Positions 10,047 through 21,300 of a DNA stretch of 64,000 nucleotides are shown one piece after another (position 1 is the first letter of the stretch; the number at the start of each line of letters is the position of its first letter). The notes under the pieces were generated by a model, which saw only the letters and a program-made list of their open reading frames with translations, was not told the DNA's origin and did not search any database. The DNA comes from Macrostomum hystrix. Taxonomy: Eukaryota; Animalia; Platyhelminthes. A program made the position numbers and the translations under genes. The stretch lies in NCBI GenBank assembly GCA_950097015.1, contig CATNEN010000008.1, positions 3,286,001 to 3,350,000 on the forward strand, written 5' to 3'.

Positions 10047-12743
10047 ATGGCGAATCCTTATTGGTTCAAAAAGGAAAAGAAACAATTTAATCAATCCAAA
10101 ATAGTCAGCAATGATAGCCGACATACTCGCCCCACCTCCAGAATTGTCAAAGCCCTCACGCTGGACAAAATGTCCAAGCTTTCGACGGTGAGGAAGGCCG
10201 ATGGCCGACCCACCGAGAACCCTGGGGAAACGCTCGACACTATGCTCACAGCCTTTTTCCCCAGCGTGCCAGCAGGGACAGACCCCCCGGATCACACCGA
10301 GGGAGGTCATATCCTTGCGACGTCCATCATTACTGAAGACCGGGTTACCAAGGCAGCCCAGTCTTTCAAACCCTTCAAATCCCCGGGGCCGGACGGCATT
10401 ATACCAGCCTTCATCCGCGAGGCGGTAAAATGCCATGGCTTCCTCACAAATCTTTGCAAGCTCCTTAAGGCTTGCATTGTGCTTGGGTATGTTCCGAAGG
10501 CATGGACCGAGGCGAGGGTGGTTTTTATCCCCAAGCCAGGCCGCCCGGACTACCATTCCATTAAATCGTTTCGGCCAATTAGCCTTACCTCCACCATGGT
10601 CAAACTGATGGAGAGATTGGTGCTCTGGCGCCTCCTCTCTGTGGAGCTGAAAAATATGCCACTAAGCGGCAATCAACACGCCTTTCGGTCGGGACGTTCC
10701 ACCGAAAGCGCTCTCCACGCTCTGGTGGACGCTCTGGAAAAGGCCGTCCTCGGGAACGGCTTTGCCCTGAGCATCTTCCTGGATATTGACGGGGCCTTCG
10801 ACAACGTTCTCTTCGAGGCGTTTGACAGGGCCCTACGTATGCGGCACACGCATTCGCATCTTAGGAGGTGGATCATGTACATGGTCCGCCACCGCACTGC
10901 TACGGCACACCTTCTTGGACACCAGCGGACGGTCACTGTCTGCAAAGGTTGCCCACAAGGCGGCGTCCTCTCACCAGTTCTCTGGAACATGGTTATCGAC
11001 GAGCTCTTACGAGACTCTCAGCCAGACCCCATCCTAAAGGTCGGCTATGCGGATGATGTTACGGCAGTGGCATCTGGCCCGGTACCAGAGGCCCTCCGAG
11101 ACCTTCTGCAAAACTTTATCAACAACGCCGAAAGATGGGCAACTCGCTGCGGTCTGAAGCTCTCCGAGTCTAAGACAGCGGCGATCATGTTCACCAGCAA
11201 AAACAAATGGCATATTCGCCCCCTGCAGCTGTATGGAAAGGACATCACCTTCCAGAAGCAAACTAAATGCCTGGGCATAACGCTCGATCACAGGCTCAGC
11301 TGGACTCCTCATGTCCATGCCAAAGCCAAAAAGGCCTTTGCGATCCTGGCGCAGCTGCGCAGGGCGGTGGGCAACACGTGGGGTCTCACCCCCAAACGCC
11401 TATGGTGGATCTACACTGCTATGGTCAGGCCGGCTGTCTCGTACGCCGGACTGATCTGGGCTAGCGCCCTTCAGCTTAAGACCTGCCATGAGACTCTTCG
11501 GAGAGTGCAAGGTCGCGCATGTCGGACGATCATGAGCGCCCCGCCATCCGCCCCCTTCGATGGCCTCAACGCCTTCTTGAACATCCTCCCGCTCGATATC
11601 TTTATCCGCGGGGAGGCGGCAAAAACCGCCCGGCGTCTCCTTGATGCCGGTGTGCGCTTCGTCCCCCAACGAGCGGCAGCGAAGCGAAAGCTCCTGCCGC
11701 ACACGGACCTTTGCCTGAGAGACTTGGGTGCGAGCAACGGAATCAATGTCCTTACGGACGGTGAACCGTGCTCGCTCAACCTCCTTCAGCGCTTTAAGGT
11801 TCTCATCCCCACCAGGGACCAAGTTAGCGACCACTGGAACACCCAGGAGGTCCACTGCTACACGGACGGATCCATGAAGGATGGCTCCGCTGGCTTCGGG
11901 GTCTGTATCCTTATCAACGGACGTGTTGTCGCCACACACGCCCAACACACTGGAAAATCCTCGAGCGTTTTCCAGAACGAGGTCCTGGCCATCAGCTCCT
12001 GCGCTGCGGAGTTGAATGAGAAAAACATCTCAGGCAGGACTATCATCTTTCACTCGGACAGTCAGGCTGCTCTGCAAGCCCTCTGTCACACCACCACAAC
12101 CTCCCGGACAGTCTCCGACTGCGTCCGGCAGCTCAATAACCTGGCCGGTAAGAATACCGTCAGACTTCAGTGGATACCAGGGCACGCCGGTTTCCCTGGT
12201 AACGAGCTTGCTGACCACCTGGCCAAGCAGGGAGGAGCCAGCTCTGCGCCGGGCCCCTCCCCCCCGGCTCCGATTCCGAGCACCGTCATTTATCGTCAGA
12301 TTAATGATTGGACCGCCAACCTCCATCTTACCCGGTGGAGAAGCACCACTAACTGCCGCCAATCCAAAGCGGCAGTTCCAGTGCCATCCGCTCGGCTCCG
12401 GAAGGTCCTTCTGAACCAGACCCGGAAGGACATCCGGGCCCTCACCATGACCCTCACGGGCCATGGCTGCTACGCCAGACACTGTTTCCTCCGTGGAGAC
12501 CTCCGGAGTGAGCTGTGCCCTTTCTGCAACCTTGAGGACGAGGATGCCCTGCACTTCGTCTGCCACTGCCCTTTCTTCACCAGAGAGAGGCTCAATCACC
12601 TCGGACCAAACCCATCAATGGACGATGTTTGCAGATCCGAGAACATCCCGCGGCTCGTCCGGTTCCTAAGGGCTACCAGACGAGCCTCTTTCTTCCCCAG
12701 CGAGGAACAAGCTGCAGGAAGGACCGAACACGGACCTCCCTGA
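10047..12743 (+). CDS. Reverse transcriptase-RNase H ORF (898 aa) of the retrotransposon; first 26 codons come from flanking DNA
   Basis: Motifs KSPGPDG, FRPISL, QHAFRSGRST, LDIDGAFD, CPQGGVLSP, YADD; RNase H YTDGS..NEVLA..HSDSQ..WIPGH..GNELADHLAK; LTGH..CPFC..HFVCHC. Confidence 0.93.
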   Translation: MANPYWFKKEKKQFNQSKIVSNDSRHTRPTSRIVKALTLDKMSKLSTVRKADGRPTENPGETLDTMLTAFFPSVPAGTDPPDHTEGGHILATSIITEDRVTKAAQSFKPFKSPGPDGIIPAFIREAVKCHGFLTNLCKLLKACIVLGYVPKAWTEARVVFIPKPGRPDYHSIKSFRPISLTSTMVKLMERLVLWRLLSVELKNMPLSGNQHAFRSGRSTESALHALVDALEKAVLGNGFALSIFLDIDGAFDNVLFEAFDRALRMRHTHSHLRRWIMYMVRHRTATAHLLGHQRTVTVCKGCPQGGVLSPVLWNMVIDELLRDSQPDPILKVGYADDVTAVASGPVPEALRDLLQNFINNAERWATRCGLKLSESKTAAIMFTSKNKWHIRPLQLYGKDITFQKQTKCLGITLDHRLSWTPHVHAKAKKAFAILAQLRRAVGNTWGLTPKRLWWIYTAMVRPAVSYAGLIWASALQLKTCHETLRRVQGRACRTIMSAPPSAPFDGLNAFLNILPLDIFIRGEAAKTARRLLDAGVRFVPQRAAAKRKLLPHTDLCLRDLGASNGINVLTDGEPCSLNLLQRFKVLIPTRDQVSDHWNTQEVHCYTDGSMKDGSAGFGVCILINGRVVATHAQHTGKSSSVFQNEVLAISSCAAELNEKNISGRTIIFHSDSQAALQALCHTTTTSRTVSDCVRQLNNLAGKNTVRLQWIPGHAGFPGNELADHLAKQGGASSAPGPSPPAPIPSTVIYRQINDWTANLHLTRWRSTTNCRQSKAAVPVPSARLRKVLLNQTRKDIRALTMTLTGHGCYARHCFLRGDLRSELCPFCNLEDEDALHFVCHCPFFTRERLNHLGPNPSMDDVCRSENIPRLVRFLRATRRASFFPSEEQAAGRTEHGPP

Positions 12744-12856
12744 CTGGCCCCGCGCCATCGGTCGATTGCGGGTCTTTCAGGGATTAGCGGAATGGGCGAC
12801 TCCCGCCTCCCCGCTGCGTCCGTCGGACCGCCCTGCAGATAAGTCAAGTAAGTCAA
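10125..12856 (+). mobile_element. 5'-truncated non-LTR retrotransposon, R1/Loa (Lian-like) group
   Basis: 12-bp TSD GATAGCCGACAT at 10113-10124 and 12857-12868; AAGT(C)-type tail; encodes RT, RNase H and a C-terminal Cys/His knuckle, with no endonuclease domain. Confidence 0.9.
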
Positions 12857-13159
12857 GATAGCCGACATGGTTACATGACGAGATTTTGTGAACATAAATT
12901 TTATGCCAATTGGCGGTTTTTGCCACTAGACACCTCGATCGAGAATCCTATGAAATATCTCGACTATGCCGATGTTTCGTGATTCTGGAAGTTGCTTCAG
13001 TGAATCTATGTGAAAGTATTTCTGCGTCAAAAGTATGCAAGATTCACACTTACAAAGGCTCGGTCACAATCCGGTTTTTTAACTTGACTGACAGACATCT
13101 TTACAAAAAAACGGAAAGATTCTCAGATGAGCAGGCGCCTATCAGCGCCTAGCGCACTC

Positions 13160-13525
13160 TTAAGCTTTGTTCCGCGGCTGCTGTGACTCGAGCGTCTTCT
13201 GAGAAGTGTCAGATGTGTCAGCATCAGCAGCAGCCCTGGAGGAGCTCCGTCTTGCCAGCAGCGCTTCACTGGCCAGCTGACAGCCAAGCTCCAGCAGCTC
13301 GCAGAGCGTCATCATGCTGAAGCCGAGGTACAGGCCCAGGATGCCGCCAATGTCAGACAGGAAAGACAGCCACGAGTAGGAGTACGCCACAATGATTCGC
13401 GGAGGCACAGGACTCTGCACGGAGATGTCCACCAGAATCATGGACTCGCGCACGTAGTGTCGGAACAGCTGAGCCGTGTGCAGAGAGTTGTTTTCCGGAC
13501 GGAGGTGCGAAGCAATGACTTTTTC
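13160..13525 (-). pseudogene. Orphan terminal exon of a DEG/ENaC/ASIC-family channel
   Basis: SYSWLSFLSDIGGILGLYLGFSMMTLCELLE is the pre-TM2/TM2 selectivity-filter segment (GxLGLxxGxS). No upstream DEG/ENaC exons were recognised in the window. Confidence 0.7.
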
Positions 13526-13565
13526 CTGACTGCTAAGTAGTCGTCGTTTTTCCCGAATCTCCAAG

Positions 13566-14128
13566 TTGAATTTTCAAGGGCTGCAGGTCAAGGGAGCATT
13601 AAAGCCCTCAAAAGGTGCGGAAAAAGGGGGCGTTCAGGACCATTCGGCAAGCTCGCCCCTGCACCCTCGTAAGGGCCTCAAGGCAGGTCTTGACTTGCAA
13701 GGCACTGATCCACCAGAGGCGTCTTGGGGTTAGCCCCCACGTTGTACCTACCGCCCTGCGCATCTGCGCCAGCATCGCGAAGGCCTTTTTGGTTTTGGAC
13801 TGGACATGCGCTGTCCAGTTAAGCCTGTGGTCCAGGGTGATCCCAAGACACTTGGAAGGGGAGCGACCAAAGCTGCGACCTAATCCTGCTGGTGAACATG
13901 ACCGCTGCAGTCTTCGTTTCAGAGAGCTTCAGGCCACAGCGGTCTGCCCAACGGTCAGCAGTGTTGATTTGATGGTACGGTAGTCTGGCCTGGCTTCGGA
14001 ATGAAGATCAAGGACACTTAACCGTCTCTCTGAGGAAGGCAATGCCATCTGGTCCTGGGGACATAAAAGGTTTGAAGGTGAGCGCGGCGCCCTTAAATCT
14101 ATCTTCCGTGACGATTCTAGATGCTATT
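13566..14128 (-). mobile_element. Inverted, internally deleted fragment of a related Loa-type retrotransposon
   Basis: Reverse complement encodes FKPFMSQDQM, IPKPG, ADRWADRCGLKLSETKTAVMFTS, KCLGITLDHRLNWT, KKAFAMLAQMRRAVGTTWGLTPRRLWWI, collinear with parts of 10320-11600. Confidence 0.88.
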
Positions 14129-14390
14129 TACCGATTCTGGCTGTGGTAAAAGCCTCGATTCAGTCGTAGATTTTTTGCTATGGCTCCAAACTTATATAAT
14201 TAAAAGAAAAAAAACTAGATTTCACAAAAACTAAGAAATATCAATTCTTATGGATCACACCAATGGCTCTTAAAAGTCAGTCCATGAATTCATTTCGAAG
14301 AAAGTGCAATCTGATACAAAGAATTTTATTATAGTGCTTCTAGAAGAAAAGAAGCATCAAATTTACAAATGCTTGATAATGTCGTCTCGC

Positions 14391-17300
14391 TGAGTGATGG
14401 GTGGCGACTCTCAGTGAGATGGGTGGCGACTCTCAGTGAGATGGGTGGCGACTCTCAGTGAGATGGGTGGCGACTCTCAGTGAGATGGGTGGCGACTCTC
14501 AGGGAGATGGGTGGCGACTCTCAGGGAGATGGGTGGCGACTCTCAGTGAGATGGGTGGCGACTCTCAGTGGGATGGGTGGCGACTCTCAGGGAGATGGGT
14601 GGCGACTCTCAGGGAGATGGGTGGCGACTCTCAGGGAGATAGGTGGCGACTCTCAGGGAGATGGGTGTCGACTCTCAGGGAGATGGGTGGCGACTCTCAG
14701 GGAGATGGGTGTCGACTCTCAGTGAGATGAGTGGTGACTCTCAGTGAGATGGGTGTCGACTCTCATAGAGAGATGGAAGGTGACTCTCAGTGAGATGGGT
14801 GGCGACTCTAAGGGAGATGGGTGTCGACTCTCAGGGAGATGGGTGGCGACTCTCAGTGAGAGGGTGGCGACTCTAAGGAAGATGGGTGGCGACTCTCAGG
14901 GAGATGGGTGTCGACTCTCAGGGAGATGGGTGGCGACTCTCAGGGAGATAGGTGGCGACTCTCAGGGAGATAGGTGGCGACTCTCAGGGAGATGGGTGGC
15001 GACTCTCAGGGAGATAGGTGGCGACTCTCAGGGAGATGGGCGTCGACTCTCAGGGAGATGGGCGTCGACTCTCAGGGAGATGGGTGGCGACTCTCAGTGA
15101 GATGGGTGTCGACTCTCAGTGAGATGAGTGGTGACTCTCAGTGAGATGGGTGTCGACTCTCATAGAGAGATGGAAGGTGACTCTCAGTGAGATGGGTGGC
15201 GACTCTAAGGGAGATGGGTGTCGACTCTCAGGGAGATGGGTGGCGACTCTCAGTGAGAGGGTGGCGACTCTAAGGAAGATGGGTGGCGACTCTCAGGGAG
15301 ATGGGTGTCGACTCTCAGGGAGATGGGTGGCGACTCTCAGGGAGATAGGTGGCGACTCTCAGGGAGATAGGTGGCGACTCTCAGGGAGATGGGTGTCGAC
15401 TCTCAGGGAGATGGGTGGCGACTCTCAGGGAGATAGGTGGCGACTCTCAGGGAGATGGGTGTCGACTCTCAGGGAGATGGGTGGCGACTCTCAGGGAGAT
15501 GGGTGTCGACTCTCAGTGAGATGAGTGGTGACTCTCAGTGAGATGGGTGTCGACTCTCATAGAGAGATGGAAGGTGACTCTCAGTGAGATGGGTGGCGAC
15601 TCTAAGGGAGATGGGTGTCGACTCTCAGGGAGATGGGTGGCGACTCTCAGTGAGAGGGTGGCGACTCTAAGGAAGATGGGTGGCGACTCTCAGGGAGATG
15701 GGTGTCGACTCTCAGGGAGATGGGTGGCGACTCTCAGGGAGATAGGTGGCGACTCTCAGGGAGATAGGTGGCGACTCTCAGGGAGATGGGTGGCGACTCT
15801 CAGGGAGATAGGTGGCGACTCTCAGGGAGATGGGCGTCGACTCTCAGGGAGATGGGCGTCGACTCTCAGGGAGATGGGTGGCGACTCTCAGTGAGATGGG
15901 TGTCGACTCTCAGTGAGATGAGTGGTGACTCTCAGTGAGATGGGTGTCGACTCTCATAGAGAGATGGAAGGTGACTCTCAGTGAGATGGGTGGCGACTCT
16001 AAGGGAGATGGGTGTCGACTCTCAGGGAGATGGGTGGCGACTCTCAGTGAGAGGGTGGCGACTCTAAGGAAGATGGGTGGCGACTCTCAGGGAGATGGGT
16101 GTCGACTCTCAGGGAGATGGGTGGCGACTCTCAGGGAGATAGGTGGCGACTCTCAGGGAGATGGGCGTCGACTCTCAGGGAGATGGGCGTCGACTCTCAG
16201 GGAGATGGGTGGCGACTCTCAGTGAGATGGGTGTCGACTCTCAGTGAGATGAGTGGTGACTCTCAGTGAGATGGGTGTCGACTCTCATAGAGAGATGGAA
16301 GGTGACTCTCAGTGAGATGGGTGGCGACTCTAAGGGAGATGGGTGTCGACTCTCAGGGAGATGGGTGGCGACTCTCAGTGAGAGGGTGGCGACTCTAAGG
16401 AAGATGGGTGGCGACTCTCAGTGAGATGGGTGGCGACTCTCAGTGAGATGGGTGGCGACTCTCAGTGAGATGGGTGGCGACTCTCAGGGAGATAGGTGGC
16501 GACTCTCAGTGAGATGGGTGGCGACTCTCAGGGAGATAGGTGGCGACTCTCAGGGAGATGGGTGTCGACTCTCAGTGAGATGGGTGGCGACTCTCAGGGA
16601 GATGAGTGGCGACTCTCAGGGAGATAGGTGGCGACTCTCAGTGAGATGGGTGGCGACTCTCAGGGAGATAGGTGGCGACTCTCAGGGAGATGGGTGTCGA
16701 CTCTCAGTGAGATGAGTGGTGACTCTCAGTGAGATGGGTGGCGACTCTCAGTGAGATGGGTGGCGACTCTCAGTGAGATGGGTGGCGACTCTCAGGGAGA
16801 TAGGTGGCGACTCTAAGGGAGATGGGTGGCGACTCTCAGGGAGATGGGTGGCGACTCTAAGGGAGATGGGTGTCGACTCTCAGGGAGATGGGTGGCGACT
16901 CTCAGGGAGATGGGTGGCGACTCTCAGGGAGATAGGTGGCGACTCTCAGGGAGATGGGTGTCGACTCTCAGGGAGATGGGCGTCGACTCTCAGGGAGATG
17001 GGTGGCGACTCTAAGGGAGATGGGTGTCGACTCTCAGGGAGATGGGTGTCGACTCTCATAGAGAGATGGAAGGTGACTCTCAGTGAGATGGGTGGCGACT
17101 CTAAGGGAGATGGGTGTCGACTCTCAGGGAGATGGGTGGCGACTCTCAGTGAGATGGGTGGCGACTCTCAGGGAGATAGGTGGCGACTCTCAGGGAGATG
17201 GGTGGCGACTCTCAGGGAGATAGGTGGCGACTCTCAGGGAGATGGGCGTCGACTCTCAGGGAGATGGGCGTCGACTCTCAGGGAGATGGGTGGCGACTCT

Positions 17301-18360
17301 CAGGGAGATGGGTGTCGACTCTCAGTGAGATGAGTGGTGACTCTCAGTGAGATGGGTGTCGACTCTCATAGAGAGATGGAAGGTGACTCTCAGTGAGATG
17401 GGTGGCGACTCTAAGGGAGATGGGTGTCGACTCTCAGGGAGATGGGTGGCGACTCTCAGTGAGAGGGTGGCGACTCTAAGGAAGATGGGTGGCGACTCTC
17501 AGGGAGATGGGTGTCGACTCTCAGGGAGATGGGTGGCGACTCTCAGTGAGATGGGTGGCGACTCTCAGTGAGATGGGTGGCGACTCTCAGGGAGATAGGT
17601 GGCGACTCTCAGGGAGATGGGTGTCGACTCTCAGGGAGATGGGTGGCGACTCTCAGTGAGATGGGTGGCGACTCTCAGGGAGATGGGTGTCGACTCTCAG
17701 GGAGATGGGTGGCGACTCTCAGGGAGATGGGTGTCGACTCTCAGTGAGATGAGTGGTGACTCTCAGTGAGATGGGTGTCGACTCTCATAGAGAGATGGAA
17801 GGTGACTCTCAGTGAGATGGGTGGCGACTCTAAGGGAGATGGGTGTCGACTCTCAGGGAGATGGGTGGCGACTCTCAGTGAGAGGGTGGCGACTCTAAGG
17901 AAGATGGGTGGCGACTCTCAGGGAGATGGGTGTCGACTCTCAGGGAGATGGGTGGCGACTCTCAGTGAGATGGGTGGCGACTCTCAGGGAGATGGGTGGC
18001 GACTCTCAGGGAGATGGGTGGCGACTCTCAGGGAGATGGGTGGCGACTCTCAGTGAGAGGGTGGCGACTCTAAGGAAGATGGGTGGCGACTCTCAGGGAG
18101 ATGGGTGTCGACTCTCAGGGAGATGGGTGGCGACTCTCAGTGAGAGGGGTGGCGACTCTCAGGGAGATGGGTGGCGACTCTCAGGGAGATGGGTGGCGAC
18201 TCTCAGGGAGATAGGTGGCGACTCTCAGGGAGATGGGCGTCGACTCTCAGGGAGATGGGCGTCGACTCTCAGGGAGATGGGTGGCGACTCTAAGGGAGAT
18301 GGGTGTCGACTCTCAGGGAGATGGGTGGCGACTCTCAGGGAGATGGGTGGCGACTCTCAG
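14391..18360. repeat. ~4-kb 22-bp minisatellite (GTGGCGACTCTCAG(T/G)GAGATGG) with ~397-bp higher-order repeats
   Basis: Unit period 22 (14401/14423). Identical variant blocks recur at 14744, 15141, 15538 and 15935. Confidence 0.97.
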
Positions 18361-21300
18361 GGCTCGAGTCGCACGCACTGCCAGCACAGCCGAGGACTCA
18401 GACAGTCGCTGCCATACTCAAGCTCTGGGAGCAGAGTGAGCAGGTGCATGGGGCTGGGTAGAGTCTGGTCATCGCCAACCTCGGGCACATCGGAGCACTG
18501 CGGCGAGCCGGCCGGAGTCATGACGTCACCGCCGGCCACCAGAATCTGGTAGAAAATCTGCCTGGACAGCTGCCAGTCCACGAACTCCTGCCGGTGGAGA
18601 TTGCCAGCAGTGCCCGCACCAAGCAGGCTGGAGTGATCTCGGAAATAGTCCTTGCTCAGCATGTAACAGCCCGGCCCAGAGCTGAGGGCCGCGTGTAACG
18701 CCAGCAAATCATCTGAAGAATTCACCTTCAGCATTGTGATGGCCTCGATGCCCGGGTGTTGCTGGCGAAGTTGAGATAAAGCGGCCTGGTCGGGCGGGTG
18801 GTTTTGAGATAGTTCTGAAGAATGTGGCGATAATACAGTCCGAGACAAGAAAAATGAAAGGATAATACAGTCTAGCCCCTGAATAATCAGGGGTGGTGGA
18901 CAGTCTAGTCCCTGAATAATCAGGGGTGAGGAATAGTCTAGTCCCTGAAGAATCAGGGGTGAGGAACAGTCTAAGCCCTGAAGAATCAGGGGTGAGGAAC
19001 AGTCTAAGCCCTGAAGAATCGGGGGTGGCGGACAGTCTAGCCCCTGAATAATCAGGGGTGAGGAACAGTCTAGTCCCTGAAGAATCAGGGGTGAGGAATA
19101 GTCTAGGCTCTGAAGAATCAGGGGTGGTGGACAGTCTAGCCCCTGAATAATCAGGGGTGAGGAACAGTCTAGTCCCTGAAGAATCAGGGGTGGTGGACAG
19201 TCTAGCCCCTGAATAATCAGGGGTGAGGAACAGTCTAGTCCCTGAAGAATCAGGGGTGAGGAATAGTCTAGGCTCTGAAGAATCAGGGGTGGTGGACAGT
19301 CTAGGCTCTGAATAATCAGGGGTGAGGAATAGTCTAAGCCCTGAAGAATCAGGGGTGAGGAACAGACTAGGCCTTGAAGAATCAGGGGTGGTGGACAGTC
19401 TAGGGCCTGAAGAATCAGGGGTGAGGAACAGTCTAAGCCCTGAAGAATCAGGGGTGAGGAACAGTCTAGGGCCTGAAGAATCAGGGGTGAGGAACAGTCT
19501 AGGCCCTGAAGATTCAGGGGTGGTGGACAGTCTAGGGCCTGTGGATTCAGGGGTGAGGATTAGTCTATGCCCTAAATCATCAGGGGTAAGGAGCCGCAGT
19601 TTCTCACCTGGAAAGCAAACAGTTGGGTCTCTCTAGTCCAGCAGACTTTGTACAGGATGCCAATGTGCAGCCTCTTAGCCTGCTGCTGCTGCTGCTGTTT
19701 CAGCAGCCAGTCGACACTAGCGGATATGTGCTGAATTGACATCTTGATTGTGACACTTCGCTGCAGATGATTTGGTGGTTAACGAGAGTTAGCTGTGAAT
19801 TATACTCGAGAAATGAATGCATTCAGCAACAGTCTCACCTTGGACTTGTTGAAAGCGCCGCCTCTGTGCAGCACCAGATTGCTGCCGTCAATCACCAAAT
19901 CGAATGGCCCGTTAGCGGCTCTGCAGTCGGCCAGCCATCGCTTGTAGCTGGCCAGCACATCCGGCCTGACCCGCTGGTAACTATCATTGGCGGGCTCCAG
20001 CACATTGGACACGGCGGCTAGCAGGCGATCGACCACCGACTGTGTTGGCTCAGCCCGGTAGGACTCATGCTGCAACTGGCCACCACACACTGGACAGCTG
20101 CGGACTGGGTCATGGGAGATTGTGGCGGTCATTGGCGAGGGTCATGGCAGTCATTGGAGAGATTCATGGGGAGTTTTTGAGAGAGGGTCATGGCGGATCA
20201 TGGAAGCCGTTTTGGAGGGTCAATGCGGGTCATGGGAGTCATTTGGAAGCTCATAGCAGGCCATGGGAGTCATTTAGACGTCATAACGGGTCATGGGAGT
20301 CATTTGGAGGGTCATAGCGGGTCATGGGAGTCATTGGAAGGTCATAGCAGGTCATGGGAGTCATTGGAGGGTCAATGCGGGTCATGGGAGTCATTGGAGG
20401 GTCATAGCGGGTCATGGGAGCCAGAATAATAACCGAAGATGATCATGGACAAAATGGCTATCGAATGGCAAAGATCTGAAGCTTGAAAGTACAGAAAGTA
20501 ACTTTCGTTGAGCTTAAAAATCAAAATTCAGAGAGCAGGGCTGTGCTGAATACCTCGATGATCAGCAAGCGATGACGCAGGCTTCAATGCCACTGGTATG
20601 TCAGCCAGACTGACAGTCCGAGCTGTCCAAGTGCCACCGGCTGGCTGGAAATGGTTCAGCAGCTCTAGCAGGCGGGGCACTGCGCCAGCGTCGATTGGGA
20701 GGCCGCGACGCTGTCGCATAGGCAGCAGGATGCGCCGGCGAACGTCCTGGAGGCTCTTCAATCGGCCGGAAGCGGACAGGGCCTCCAGAAAGTCGGCGGT
20801 GAGAACTGGCGCCGGCTGGCGAGGAAATTTATGTGAAAATGGGGTTTAAAAATGGATAAGTGCAGACTTGATTGCCTGAAATTAGAATGCGCGTGAAGGC
20901 CAGACACTAACCTGACGATGCAGACCGCTCACACTGCCGGCGTCCCAGACGGCCTCAGCGGAGGCGTACAGCTCCAGCAGCTCCTTGTCGGTGCCGAAGC
21001 GGCCAATCAGAGCCGGATTCCTCAGCAGCAGAGATGGCGTGCCGGCTGCCCTGATTGGCGCCGGCTTGGAGCTGCTCACTGCGGCTGAGTCTGAGCAGAA
21101 AGCAAATGCAAGGAAATTAGTGAGAGCTATAGGCCTGCTTGCCTAGTTAGACCACTGCGGGATAAGGAAGACAGCGGAGAGAGGGTAAGTGTCGGGCTAT
21201 GTCAATTGTTAGTGCAGTCACTGTCGTTGTTGTAATAGTTCAGTTTATTTAAGTGCGCGCGCGCCACCCCCGCCGCTGTTATTTACTTTGATGTGTCTTA

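Noticed and set aside
9975-12895. Numerous antisense and alternate-frame ORFs over the retrotransposon (similarly over MCM3, Patched and SNX exons)
   Set aside because: Shadow ORFs of GC-rich coding sequence with no recognisable motifs.
14458-18439. Many RWVATL/MGGDSQ ORFs; superficially a CRISPR-like array
   Set aside because: Head-to-tail 22-bp units with no unique spacers, no cas genes, eukaryotic context.
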